Assembly: GCF_006345805.1 (NCBI RefSeq)
Contig: NC_042999.1
Span: 48,360,001-48,424,000 of the forward strand
Source: Octopus sinensis
Taxonomy: Eukaryota
DNA: 64,000 nucleotides
Direction of reading: 5' to 3'
Part shown: positions 1-13,319 of the stretch, in pieces
Numbering within the stretch: position 1 is the stretch's first letter
Layout: every line of letters starts with the position of its first letter
Notes under the pieces: generated by a model
What the model saw: the letters and a program-made list of their open reading frames with translations, nothing else
Database searches by the model: none
Told to the model about the DNA's origin: nothing
Program-made: the position numbers and the translations under genes

Positions 1-1
1 A

Positions 2-35
<34 letters not shown>

Positions 36-39
<4 letters not shown>

Positions 40-291
40 AATTTCAGCGTGGGAGGTGTTTATAAGACACTTAAACACACGAAAACCATTAGATTAACTT
101 CAACATTAAACTTTAATTTCTCAAACATTTTTCGACGCTTTGTGATTGCGACCTGTTCACTGGCAAAATTCGGTCGCGGTCTCGAACCGATGAAAGTATT
201 TTCGCATGTTAATTTTTAATATTGAAGTGGATCTAACAGATTTTGGGTCTTTTTAAATGCCTTATAAACGCCTTCCACGCTGCAATTGTTT
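36..291. mobile_element. MITE-like fold-back element with ~75-bp imperfect terminal inverted repeats, next to a (TA)n tract
   Basis: Left arm aaacaatttcagcgtgggaggtgtttataagacacttaaa...ttcaacattaaa matches the reverse complement of the right arm tttaatattgaagtggatctaac...ccttataaacgccttccacgctgcaattgttt. No coding content. Confidence 0.75.
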
Positions 292-339
292 TGTTTCAAC
301 ACTCGATCTCAGATCATGTCACGTGCTATGCAAGTACAT

Positions 340-1800
<1,461 letters not shown>

Positions 1801-1954
1801 CTCTCTGGATGTATGCTAGCATCTATATGTTAGCGCATGTATAAGTATATAATTTGGGTTATCTCACATATGCGATGTTTTATATTTGATATTTTCGAAA
1901 ATTTAAATAATCAAAGTTCTAATTAAAATAAAATTAAAATTAAAATAATCAAAT

Positions 1955-2285
1955 CTAAAAATATTCCCCTTCGTTTTCTACAATGTCCTTCCATTTACTT
2001 TGTAGAGTTGCAAGGACCCTCTTCCAAACTCCACTAGTCCTTGATGAAGAATATTCTTCCAGTACCGTTCTGACTTAGTTTACAGAATTCACATTTTTTC
2101 CGCTAAACTGTTTTTGAAGACTGCGTAATAAATAATAATAAGATGGGGCAATGTCCGGCGAATATGGTGGATAGGGCATCGTTTCTCATTCAAACTGATC
2201 CAGCCTTTGGAATGTCATCCTCGCTGTATGTGGATGAGCATTATCCTGACGGAATGACGCCTTTCGTCTTGAAACGAAAGATGGT
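1955..2285 (-). pseudogene. Mariner transposase C-terminal remnant
   Basis: Minus-strand translation RQDNAHPHTARMT...ETMPYPPYSPDIAPSYYYLLRSLQ...KWKDIVENEGEYF, matching the mariner DNAxPH and YSPDLAPSD motifs. In-frame stops present. Confidence 0.9.
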
Positions 2286-2510
2286 CATTTTTCTTTTAGA
2301 TGATGTTAGTTGCAACCTAAGTCTAGATGAATATTATAACATATAAACATGTAAAAAGTAATTATTTAATGAAAGACGTGAGGGTCATCTATCATATACA
2401 CACTGTTCTAAATATGTTTGGAAAATTCTATGAGGCGTCTATATATATGTAAACGTACGTATCCAATTATATATGTGTATACGTATCTATGAACGATTGT
2501 ATATTTGTAA

Positions 2511-2553
<43 letters not shown>

Positions 2554-2879
2554 ATATGTGTGTGTGTGTGTGGTGTGTGTGTGTGTATGTGTATATAATG
2601 TATCGTTAATGCGTGTATGTCCATATATTTGCATATGCATGTTTATGTATGTGAATGTACTTCTATACATATATGGGCATTGCTACACATGTATATATAT
2701 GTATGTATATATATATATATATATTGTGTGTGTGTGTGTGTGTGGTGTGTGTGTGTGTGTATGTGTATATAATGTATCGTTAATGCGTGTATGTCCATAT
2801 ATTTGCATATGCATGTTTATGTATGTGAATGTACTTCTATACATATATGGGCATTGCTACACATGTATATATATGTATG

Positions 2880-2915
<36 letters not shown>

Positions 2916-3184
2916 GTGTGTGTGTGTGTTTGTATGTGTGTGTGTGTGTGTGTGTGTATGTGTGTGTGAGAGAAAGAGAATGTGTGTGAGTTTTAAGTTT
3001 TCCCGTCATGTACAGAAAAAAACATGAAACTAAGATATGACGGGCAATATATGGATTCATAAAATATTCTCTCTTCAGTATTTCAGAGACATAGTCTTGG
3101 ATTAAGGTGATCTAATAACTTGGTCCATTCGAGGTGATCTGTGTGAAAGTCCCATCATTCCATAAATCTATATATTTCACTGCA

Positions 3185-3567
3185 AGGAGGCGCAATGGCC
3201 CAGTGGTTAGGGCAGCGGACTCGCGGTCGTAGGATCGCGGTTTCGATTCCCAGACCGGGCGTTGTGAGTGTTTATTGAGCGAAAACACCTAAAGCTCCAC
3301 GAGTCTCCGGCAGGGGATGGTGGTGATCCCTGCTGTACTCTTTCACCACAACTTTCTCTCACTCTTGCTTCCTGTTTCTGTTGTAACTGTATTTCAAAGG
3401 GCCGGCCTTGTCACTCTCTGTGTCACGCTGAATATCCCCGATAACTACGTTAAGGGTACACGTATCTGTGCAGTGCTCAGCCACTTACACGTTAATTTCA
3501 CGAGCAGGCTGCTCCGTTGATTCGGATCAACCGGAACCCTCGTCGTCGTAACCGACGGAGTGCTTCC
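3185..3567 (+). mobile_element. tRNA-derived SINE, family 1, full length with 13-bp TSD
   Basis: Head ggaggcgcaatggcccagtggttagggc...ggtttcgattccc has A-box and B-box-like motifs. TSD atatttcactgca at 3172-3184 and 3568-3580. Confidence 0.9.
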
Positions 3568-3614
3568 ATATTTCACTGCATATATATATATACAAAGGGA
3601 GAGAGAGAGGAACG

Positions 3615-3663
<49 letters not shown>

Positions 3664-3771
3664 ATAATGTATCGTTAATGCGTGTATGTCCATATATTTG
3701 CATATGCATGTTTATGTATGTGAATGTACTTCTATACATATATGGGCATTGCTACACATGTATATATATGT

Positions 3772-3832
<61 letters not shown>

Positions 3833-4076
3833 GTATGTGTGTGTGTGTGTATGTGTGTGTGAGAGAAAGAGAATGTGTGTGAGTTTTAAGTTTTCCCGTC
3901 ATGTACAGAAAAAAACATGAAACTAAGATATGACGGGCAATATATGGATTCATAAAATATTCTCTCTTCAGTATTTCAGAGACATAGTCTTGGATTAAGG
4001 TGATCTAATAACTTGGTCCATTCGAGGTGATCTGTGTGAAAGTCCCATCATTCCATAAATCTTATATTTCACTGCA

Positions 4077-4459
4077 AGGAGGCGCAATGGCCCAGTGGTT
4101 AGGGCAGCGGACTCGCGGTCGTAGGATCGCGGTTTCGATTCCCAGACCGGGCGTTGTGAGTGTTTATTGAGCGAAAACACCTAAAGCTCCACGAGGCTCC
4201 GGCAGGGGATGGTGGTGATCCCTGCTGTACTCTTTCACCACAACTTTCTCTCACTCTTGCTTCCTGTTTCTGTTGTACCTGTATTTCAAAGGGCCGGCCT
4301 TGTCACTCTCTGTGTCACGCTGAATATCCCCGATAACTACGTTAAGGGTACACGTATCTGTGCAGTGCTCAGCCACTTACACGTTAATTTCACGAGCAGG
4401 CTGCTCCGTTGATTCGGATCAACCGGAACCCTCGTCGTCGTAACCGACGGAGTGCTTCC
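4077..4459 (+). mobile_element. Duplicate of the family 1 SINE (part of the tandem duplication)
   Basis: Near-identical to 3185-3567, with the same TSD at 4064-4076 and 4460-4472. Confidence 0.9.
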
Positions 4460-4505
4460 ATATTTCACTGCATATATATATATCAAAGGGAGAGAGAGAG
4501 GAACG

Positions 4506-4531
<26 letters not shown>

Positions 4532-4538
<7 letters not shown>

Positions 4539-4833
4539 ATCACGTGACCGACCAGACCATGAGCTGTTGTTACACATCGCTGGTCACAATGCGTTCGCAT
4601 TGTTTTAGCCTTCGAATGACGCCACCCCGCTGGCTAAGCGAGCAGGCCAACTGAAGAAAGAGTGAGAGAAAGAGTGGTGAAGGAGTACAGCAGGTATCAC
4701 CACCCCTGCCGGAGCCTCGTGGAGCTTTTAAGTGTTTTCGCTCAATAAACACACACAACGCCCGGTCTGGGAATCGAAACCGCGATCTTACGACCGCAAG
4801 TCCGCTGCCCTAACCACTAGGTCATTGCGCCTC

Positions 4834-4835
<2 letters not shown>
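4532..4835 (-). mobile_element. Family 1-related SINE with the same head and body but a different 3' tail
   Basis: 4660-4835 is the reverse complement of the first ~175 bp of family 1. The tail is unrelated and ends in gtcacgtgatcacgtga. Confidence 0.88.
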
Positions 4836-4901
<66 letters not shown>

Positions 4902-4937
4902 CATATACACGTGTGTGTTTGTGCGTATATATATATA

Positions 4938-4993
<56 letters not shown>

Positions 4994-5034
4994 ATATACA
5001 TATACATACATACATATACACGTGCGTTTGTGCG

Positions 5035-5065
<31 letters not shown>

Positions 5066-5415
5066 TAAAGATCCAGTAGACGTAGCATCAGCAAAAATAT
5101 ACTCCATTCACTGAGAATAAATATCCATTCAAGTATTCAACTGCAGGTGTTATGTGATTCATGCTCTTATGATACTTGAACAGGCATGTTTATTTAAACA
5201 GGCGCAAATATGTTAAAGCAATATATCAGGTTGTGTTTGTGCGTCATATATATGCATAATCAAGGACGCCGAATAGTAAGAACATTAGAAAAATAGTTGA
5301 TGCAAAACTGAAACGAGACAAAAGAAATGAAACAAGATGATTACTATCCTCGTCCTCCTTGATTGCATAAATCTTATTAAATACAACTGGCTTAGAATAA
5401 AATAACAGAAAATTG

Positions 5416-6311
5416 GGGGGAAATCCTCCTCGTCGAAACGAAACTCTGGAAGGAAAACAAAACTGTCAGATAGGGACTGTCAGACTCTTACACAAATTGT
5501 TAAAAAGGTTCACAAAAGTACAGCTCCCAAAATTACTGCAGCACTTAATTACCACCTAGGGAACCCAATTTCCACAAAAACTGTTTGCCGGAAGCTGCAC
5601 AAAGCGGGATTATACAGGAAGGCTGCAATCAGAAAAAACACTACTGTCAAAAACAAACGTTGCAAAACGTTTAGTGTGGAGTAAAAACGTACGGAATGGG
5701 TCCCTAGAGCAGTGGAAGAATGTTATTTCTTCGGACGAGTCATCCTGTACCGTATTTCCGACCACCGGCCGAGTATACGAGTGGAGACAGCCAAAACAAG
5801 CATTTGACGCAGACTGCTTTCTACCGAGTGTTAAACATGGAGGAGGATCTGCGATGATCTGGGAGGGCTATATCTTGGAAATCCGCCGGCCCTATGCCTT
5901 CGCTTCATGGCGGAATTAATAGGCAAGACTATTTAAACATTTTATATGATCAAATTCATCCCATGGTTGCAGAACTATTTCTGGAGAGAAACGCAATCTT
6001 TCCGGATGATAATGCACACAGCTAAAGTTGTTACTGAATGGCACGAGGAACATTCTCCTAAAGTTGAACATCTTATCTGCCCACCACAGACACCAGATCT
6101 CAATAATATTGAAGATTTACGATGCATTTTAGAAGAACTGGAGACCGTTTTAGCTGAATGGACAAAAAATCCTTTGGAAAAAATTCAATCTTTGTACGAG
6201 TCCATACTTCATAGAATTCAAGCTGTAATTACTGCCAAAGGCAGTCCTACTCCGCATTAAGATAAATGTGTTTGAAATTTTAAGCTATCCCATTATTTTG
6301 TCCAACCCCTG
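5416..6311 (+). pseudogene. Tc1-family transposase remnant with right TIR
   Basis: Frameshifted translation SGRKTKLSDRD...WKNVISSDES...VKHGGGSAMIW...PPQTPDLNNIE...RIQAVITAKGSPT. Ends ttttgtccaacccctg followed by TA. No left TIR found. Confidence 0.92.
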
Positions 6312-6344
6312 TATATGTATATACATACTCTTTTATTATTTTTT

Positions 6345-6661
6345 TTGCTCGTTTCAGTCATTTGAGTGCAGCCATGCTGGAGCACCACCTTTAGTCGAAC
6401 AAATCTACCACATAAGCCTAGTACTTATTCTATCAGTCTTTTCGCCGAAGCGTTCAGTTACGGGAACGTAATAACACCAACGTCGGTTGTCAAGCGATAG
6501 TGTGAGTACAAATAGAGACACACACAAATACATTCACATGACTTTGGTTGGCCCGAAGATATAGTAAAAACCACTAGCCCAAGGAGCCACGCATTGGGAC
6601 TGAACTCGGAATCTTGTGGTTGGAAATTAAGCATCTTACCGTTTAGCCACTTCTGCGCCTA
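6345..6661 (-). mobile_element. tRNA-derived SINE, family 2 (CORE-like body, internal microsatellite), internally deleted
   Basis: Shares tttcagtcatttga...gccatgctggagcacc and cccaagg...tgggactgaac with the copies at 17010, 38108, 50821 and 63074. Confidence 0.85.
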
Positions 6662-6699
6662 TATTAATACGCTTAAACCTTACAAGCGATCACCGTGCA

Positions 6700-7430
6700 T
6701 TAACAAAGGCAAATAGACCAATTTGTAAAAAGTATAATTTTTGGGGTGGGGGCATATGTATATTCATTTTTCATATATGCGTGTGTGTGTATGCGTATAT
6801 AAACATGTGCGGGTATGTACATATATGGGCGTGTGTGTGTATGCGTATATAAACATGTGCGGGTATGTACATATATGGGCGTGTGTGTATGAGTGCAGAA
6901 GGGCATGTCCGTATATGAACGAGGTTTTTATGCTTTGTATAATGCCTTATGTGTTTTCTGTTACCTTTAACCATGGTTTTTCTTGTGCTTGTGCGTATAT
7001 AGACGTATGTATGAACTTTTACGGTACGCATGTGTGTGTGTGTATGAGTCTGTATATATATGCGTATATATTTCGCGAAAAATGCGAGTGAGGATGTGTA
7101 CGTTTTCATAGTGACGTATAAGTACGCACGTGGGTCCGCGAGCGCACATGTGAGTGTATGACTATGAAATTTTTAATCTTATTTTATATAAGTAGCAGAA
7201 TTATAACACAGTAATTTCCCTTTATATAACGGTATTTTTTCATAGCGTTTTTTTCAGATGGCCAGATAACCGAAGAGATGGTGTTGTGGATTTCCACTTC
7301 GGCATCTGAAACTCAGAGTTTTATCTTGACTACTGGGTAATTGTAAAATATTATTTTATAGATAAATTTCCTCTATTTACATAATATTGAGGTCTCTTTC
7401 TTTCTTTTGGTATCTTACCGTTTTTACTAA
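6700..7430 (+). mobile_element. Penelope-like element 3' non-coding region with a hammerhead-like motif
   Basis: Homologous to the reverse complement of 54340-54900; both translate spuriously to FSCACAYIDVC. That second copy abuts a GIY-YIG remnant. Confidence 0.7.
7264..7326 (+). ncRNA. Degenerate minimal type-I hammerhead ribozyme motif
   Basis: agataa-CCGAAGA-gatg...catc-t-GAAA-ctc a gag-UU-ttatct. 6-bp stem I, palindromic stem III, and a U4C change in the core. Confidence 0.6.
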
Positions 7431-8065
7431 TATATATATATATATAAGTGTAATGTTTAGTACAATTGTGGCGAATGCATGAATGCATTGTTTAGAGTCC
7501 CATGAATGCGTTGTTTAGTTATTTCAAGCAGGTTGACATACCTAGTATGTCCTTTGATTAATGTTAATCCCTCGGCTATTTAATGTTATTTTTTTGGCCT
7601 ACTATCGCCTGTGTCATTGATTCTGTTATTATCATTTTTAAAATTGTTACATTGGATAATAATAGAATTAATGACACCTTCGTAAGTTAAGTTTTTGGTA
7701 AATTATTTTTGTCGTAAATTGTATCGAGCTTGTTTTACACTGGTGGCTGTTATGATTTCGGCGTGGAACGAATCAGTTGCAGCACAGACTTCGAAGCGAT
7801 AGTTTGGGAGTCTCTAATCATGGTAACACATGCTGAAGAAGCTAAGGTTTTATTTTACCAATGCAGAAATCGATCCACGTGAGTCCAAATACTTAAATGT
7901 ATGTTAGTAGATTGTCTTAACCTGAATTTTGCCTTCGTTTGATTTCAGTAGTTTTTATCGGTGTATTTTGGCGATTTAATAAGAGTTTTGACTGTTATTT
8001 CAAGCCGGCTGACATACCTAGTATGTCCTTTGATTAATTTTAATTAATAGATATATATATATATA

Positions 8066-8446
8066 CTAGCAGTATCGCCTGGCATTGCTCGGGTTTGTTT
8101 CGACCCGCTGGAATTGGAATTTTTGAAAAGTAAAATTTGCATTATGTAGCTTGTTATTGTGTTCAAGTGAACATTTTTATGGTTGAAATACAACGAAAAG
8201 TGGCGACACAGCAGTGAAAAAATGGTAAAAAATAGGGATTTTCATAGAAAAAAGCAGCTTTTTGATGTAAATAATTTTTGGTCTTAACATGGTCTGATTT
8301 CAATTTTATCTGCTACGAAAGGAAGAACAACCCTTCTTCTATCATACTCTCAAATTTGGTCAACTTGCGCCGCAAGGCCTCGGAGGAGATAGTGTTAGTT
8401 GAAGGCTACCAAACCTGCCGCACACAGACAACTTCAGCTTTATAGA
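8066..8446 (-). mobile_element. Non-autonomous Helitron-like element (short)
   Basis: Minus strand ends caaacccgagcaatgccaggcgatactgCTAG followed by t (subterminal hairpin plus CTRR) and starts TCtataaagc. Matches 41375-41692 in reverse. Confidence 0.75.
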
Positions 8447-8699
8447 GAGAGAGATAACACACACACACATTAATACACATACATACACACACACACACAT
8501 GTATGTATGGATGGATGTATGTATGTATATATGTACATCTGTCCACTTCTTGCCATATTTTTATCCTTCACTTCCTACACACACACATACACATACTCAC
8601 ACATACACACACACACACATACACGCACATATACACACATACACACATACACACACACCTTCTTAGCTTACACTTTCTTTCTTTCAACAACTGACAATT

Positions 8700-9782
8700 G
8701 AAGTACGCTCGCCAATTAATACTACCAAAATTTAGCGAGAGAATGTAAATTAAAAACCAATTTACCTTTTCTGTTGAGCTATGGCAATTCGACCGTCGGT
8801 GTGTGTTTGCAAATGTGTTCGAATGAGTAAGTGAATTGTGTTTGGCGCCTTTTTTACTAATAACAAACATACATGTGTGTGTGTGTGTGTGTTTGAGTGT
8901 TTGTATATAGTTGTTTGAAACGTTTGTGTTTGTCACTGTCATATATGTATATGTTTGCGTGTGTATGTGTGTGTGAGAGGAATGACAAACCAGATAGATA
9001 GAGCGCAAAGTTCTTTTGAAGTTCGCGCTCCGTTTGTGTGTGTGTGTGCGTGCTTTAGGTGTACGTAGGTATGTGTTTTTGTGTGTATGTCACTGAAGCC
9101 ATACATATATATATACATACATAACCTCTCTCTATTCTTTTCTCTCTCAGTCACTCACTACAAAAAGTGAATAAAATAGTTCAGTTATCTCTGTCTTTCA
9201 CATATACACACACAGCACTACATTACTCTCTCTCTTTACACACAGTACCAAAAGCACTTCACTTAAACACCACACTTTCTGTGTCGCACACCCCATCAAA
9301 CACACACACACACAAACAGTCACGCACGCACACATGTACATCAATGCTTCCGATGCACACCAAATTGAAAAGAACTTCCCGAAAAAAATGCACGTGTATC
9401 TGTTTCCCCGCTTGCAAAGAGAAAGTAGGAGAAAGTATGGTAATAGACGGAGGAAAGCATTTGAAATGAGAGAGGCAATCGTATATGTATATGTCTGCGT
9501 GTCTATGTGTGTGTACACTTGCAACGAGAAAGTAGGAGAAAGTGTGGTGGTAATAGCAAGAGTAAACCACTTGAAATGAGAGAGGCAAATCATAAAATAT
9601 TGAGTTTTCTCGAATTTGTGCTTAATTGGGGGTCAAATTGAAAAAACTTTACATGCCATGACCCAATCGAATCTACCTGGAAAAATCATAGGTAAATTCC
9701 AATTGAAGAAATTCTATATTGTAGAATTGTATTAAAAAGAAACATGGGAACAGGCAGAGAAAACCTGCCTTTTATCATAAGA
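8700..9782 (-). mobile_element. Helitron-like element, 5' end and internal modules
   Basis: Minus-strand start TCttatgataaaaggcag resembles the start at 40035. 8985-9370 and 9595-9690 are reverse complements of segments within 40470-40870. Confidence 0.7.
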
Positions 9783-9809
9783 TATATATATATATATATA
9801 TATATATAA

Positions 9810-9973
9810 ACGTTGCCGGATGTCAAATTCCGCCGAGGTCAAATTCCGCCTCTCATCTTTTCGGGGTCGATAAATTAAGTACCATTTACGCTCTGGGGTC
9901 GATGAAAACGACTTAATCCATTTCTCTGTCCTTGTTTGTCCCCTCTGTGTTTAGCCTCTAGTGGGTAGTAAAG

Positions 9974-9977
<4 letters not shown>
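9810..9977 (+). mobile_element. SINE family 3 fragment (conserved central domain, Meta-like)
   Basis: aaattccgccgaggtc...tcatcttttcggggtcgataaattaagtacc, shared with 22265-22884. Confidence 0.75.
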
Positions 9978-10053
<76 letters not shown>

Positions 10054-10856
10054 GTATGTATGTATATCTGTATGTACAAACATGTGTACCGTGTACTTAT
10101 TTTCTCACAAGCATCCACATATGCAAATGTTATTCATACTACAGGTAAGCACTTCCAAATATACATAAATAAACGCATACGTACATTGAACGAATAATGG
10201 ATAAACGACACTACTGGCATGACATACATACGTAAATATGAAATATTTATCTACGTAAATTCTTTAGGAATTGTTTGATGTTTTTCTTCCGCTTTAGATA
10301 CTTAAAAAATATGAAAGGAAAATATTTATAACTCGTAACATTTATAACGATAACTAGATTTTATCTTCATTTTAAAAATAATCTTGGATGTGTTTTAATG
10401 GTGTAATACAGTATTTACTATATTAGAATTTGCTAAATACTTAATCATATTAGAGAAATATAATATCACAGGATGAGTTTAGTTTTATTCAAAAACGACA
10501 AATTTCCAGAAAATAACTTAAGAGAAAACACTTGCTTATATTGGTCTCAATATTGTGAAAAATTTGCTATATGCATATTCTTCGTAGATTATATACAATG
10601 GATGCAGTACTTGAGCTTCCATTGATGAAAGTGTTTTGGCATGTTTATGTATGTGTGTCAGTGTATGTTTGTATATGTGTGCGTTTGTGCGCAAACTTTG
10701 CTTATACTTGATACAATCATATTGAAATGAATTTCAATATGCATTCAATGTCTACGAAATGCGAAAGCCGTAGAGAAATATGTCTTAAGTAAATAAAGCA
10801 GACGAAAGAAAAACTGCCAAGCAATAACACCATTATGAATAATACTAATGATGAAA

Positions 10857-10889
<33 letters not shown>

Positions 10890-10939
10890 GCGACGATGAT
10901 GATGTTGATGATGTCGACGACGACGAACAACAACAACAC

Positions 10940-10972
<33 letters not shown>

Positions 10973-10978
10973 CGATAA

Positions 10979-11521
10979 TGCCCTGATGCAGTACCAGACA
11001 GTGGCTCTCGTGGCTTCTGATCTTAAGTGATTGGAAGTGTTATCATGTCTTGTTTTAAATGATGAGCTACAACAAATATTTTGCTCAATACCGCAGATTT
11101 GCTGGTCAATTGTTTGACCTTAACTGGCTGAGCAAGTCCTTTAGTGGCTGATGATATGTGCACTTCTGATCACGAGCAGAAGTAGTGGTGGAACATCATA
11201 GCCATGTGTTGAGAGGCAATCTTGGAGGTTTGGATTATTCACATTTGGGAACATGGGTGTTTCGTTCAACATCATAAAACAACCCTTATTCAGGGACCTT
11301 TTGAGCGGGATGGGCTACTCGATCAGAAGGAAATTCTAACTGGCTCCCACCTGCAAAGTCAAGCGCTGTTTATCTTGATATGAGGTCACCATGTCGCGCA
11401 CATATAGTTGTGATGCATGTGACTGCTGTACCCTTATCAGACGGGTAGTCATGATGGGTACATTGGGCTTCGTATATTTTACCCCAGTGTCCCTTTGATG
11501 GCATCAACTGCTCTCTCACTC
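10979..11521 (+). mobile_element. ~540-bp (AAT)n-associated non-coding repeat 'X', copy 1
   Basis: Starts tgccctgatgcagtacc and ends ctctctcactc followed by (AAT)n. Four copies in the window. Confidence 0.85.
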
Positions 11522-11561
<40 letters not shown>

Positions 11562-11586
11562 TTAATAATAATAATAATAATATTAA

Positions 11587-11638
<52 letters not shown>

Positions 11639-11639
11639 A

Positions 11640-11710
<71 letters not shown>

Positions 11711-12251
11711 TGCCCTGCAGTGGCTCTCATGGCTTCTGATCTTAACTGATTGGAAGTGTTATCATGTACATTGTTTTGTCTTGGTATAAAAGATGGGCTA
11801 CAGCAAATATTCTGCTCAATACCACTGATTTGCTTGTCAGTTGTTTGACCTTAACCAGTTGAGCATGTCCCTTAGTGGCTGACGATATGTGCATCTCTGA
11901 TCACGAGCAGAAGTAGTGGGAGAGCATCATAGCCATGTGTTGAGAGGGATTCTTTGGGGTTTAACTAATTCACCTCTGGAAACATGGGTGTTTCTTTCAA
12001 CATCCTTAAACAACCCTTATTCAGGGACCTTTTGAGCGGGATGGGCTACTCAACCTGACGAAAATTCTAACTAGGCCCCACCTGCAAGGTCATGTGCTAT
12101 TTATCTTGATATGGGATCGCCATATCGCGCACATATGATTGTGATGATGTGCCCGGTGTACCCTTATCAGACGGGTAGTCATGATGGGTATATTGGGCTT
12201 CGTATATTTTACCCCAGCGTCACTTTGATGGCATGAACTGCTCTCTCACTC
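11711..12251 (+). mobile_element. Repeat X, copy 2
   Basis: Colinear with copy 1, same termini, flanked by (AAT)n on both sides. Confidence 0.85.
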
Positions 12252-12266
12252 AATAATAATAATAAT

Positions 12267-12329
<63 letters not shown>

Positions 12330-12432
12330 AACAATAACAATAACAATAATAATAATAATAATAATAAATAATAATAATAATAATAATAATATAATGATAA
12401 TGATAATGATAATGATAATGATAATGATAATG

Positions 12433-12467
<35 letters not shown>

Positions 12468-12468
12468 G

Positions 12469-12511
<43 letters not shown>

Positions 12512-12609
12512 TCATAATAATAATAATAAAATAATAATAATAAAATAATAATAATAACAACAAGAACAACAACAACAACAACAACAATAACAATAACAAT
12601 AACAATAAC

Positions 12610-12654
<45 letters not shown>

Positions 12655-12685
12655 AACAATAATGTTGATGATGAAGATAATAATT
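12252..12685. repeat. Compound trinucleotide microsatellite (AAT/AAC/AATGAT)
   Basis: Directly visible. Similar tracts at 10848-10978, 11522-11710, 39820-40000, 44250-44340, 44590-44760 and 45690-45775. Confidence 0.95.
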
Positions 12686-12687
12686 AG

Positions 12688-13134
12688 TTTCCTATTGGGC
12701 AACCAACAAAATGCAGACATTGAATATCACTATATAAATGTTAAAAAATAAAAGTATATTAAAATAGATTATACTAGCATTAAATACTTCAATATAGTCA
12801 GCATGTCTAAGATAGAGCATGGAGATTCACAACGATGAGTCAGATACCCACTTGAAACTGATGAAGACATTCTACATACTAGCACTGTTCTATCTACTGT
12901 TAGTATCATTGCTAATATAACTGCCACTAATGCTACTACCATTTTAAAAATAAAAATAAAAACGCTGATGTTGCTGCTGATGATGATACTATAAAAATGA
13001 ATGAGTAAAATATGCGATTATGAAAATAACCATGAAAAAGATGAGGATGCGAAGGAAAGAGATGAAAAGTAGAATTATTACGTTAGTATATTTTTGTATT
13101 GAGAAAAATATCTTCAAGAGGAAGCTAGCGAAAA
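12688..13134 (+). repeat. Segment 'Y', with a diverged duplicate at 45776-46230
   Basis: Colinear from ctattgggcaaccaacaaaatgc to aaaaatatcttcaag...agcgaaaa at both places. Confidence 0.9.
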
Positions 13135-13319
13135 TCTGCGTATCCGTACGGCAAAAAATATTAAAAAGTAACATTTTGAAATTTGGTAAATATGAATCAA
13201 ATAATATCGCAATCTTTAATCTAGTCACAAACAGATATGGATACGTTTGGAAGGTTACATTGCCAACATATTTCGTTTCTAAGTTTACTATCAAAATATG
13301 AAATTTGTATTGTATTAGA

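Larger units (their letters stand above)
2762..4531 (+). repeat. Near-identical tandem duplication of a ~890-bp unit (about 2762-3629 and 3659-4531), plus an extra copy of its first ~140 bp at 2590-2725
   Basis: Both units carry the same unique sequence, the same SINE and the same TSD, with only a few substitutions; junctions lie in (TA)/(TG) tracts. Confidence 0.92.

Noticed and set aside
3186-3262. tRNA-like sequence (also at 4078 and on minus at 4760-4835)
   Set aside because: It continues into a SINE body, has a TSD, and lacks a closed acceptor stem and T-run terminator. It is a SINE head, not a tRNA gene.
12858-12900. CTGATGA motifs in segment Y (also 38756 and, on minus, 19568 and 37468)
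   Set aside because: No correctly placed GAAA, stem II or stem I complement, so not hammerheads.
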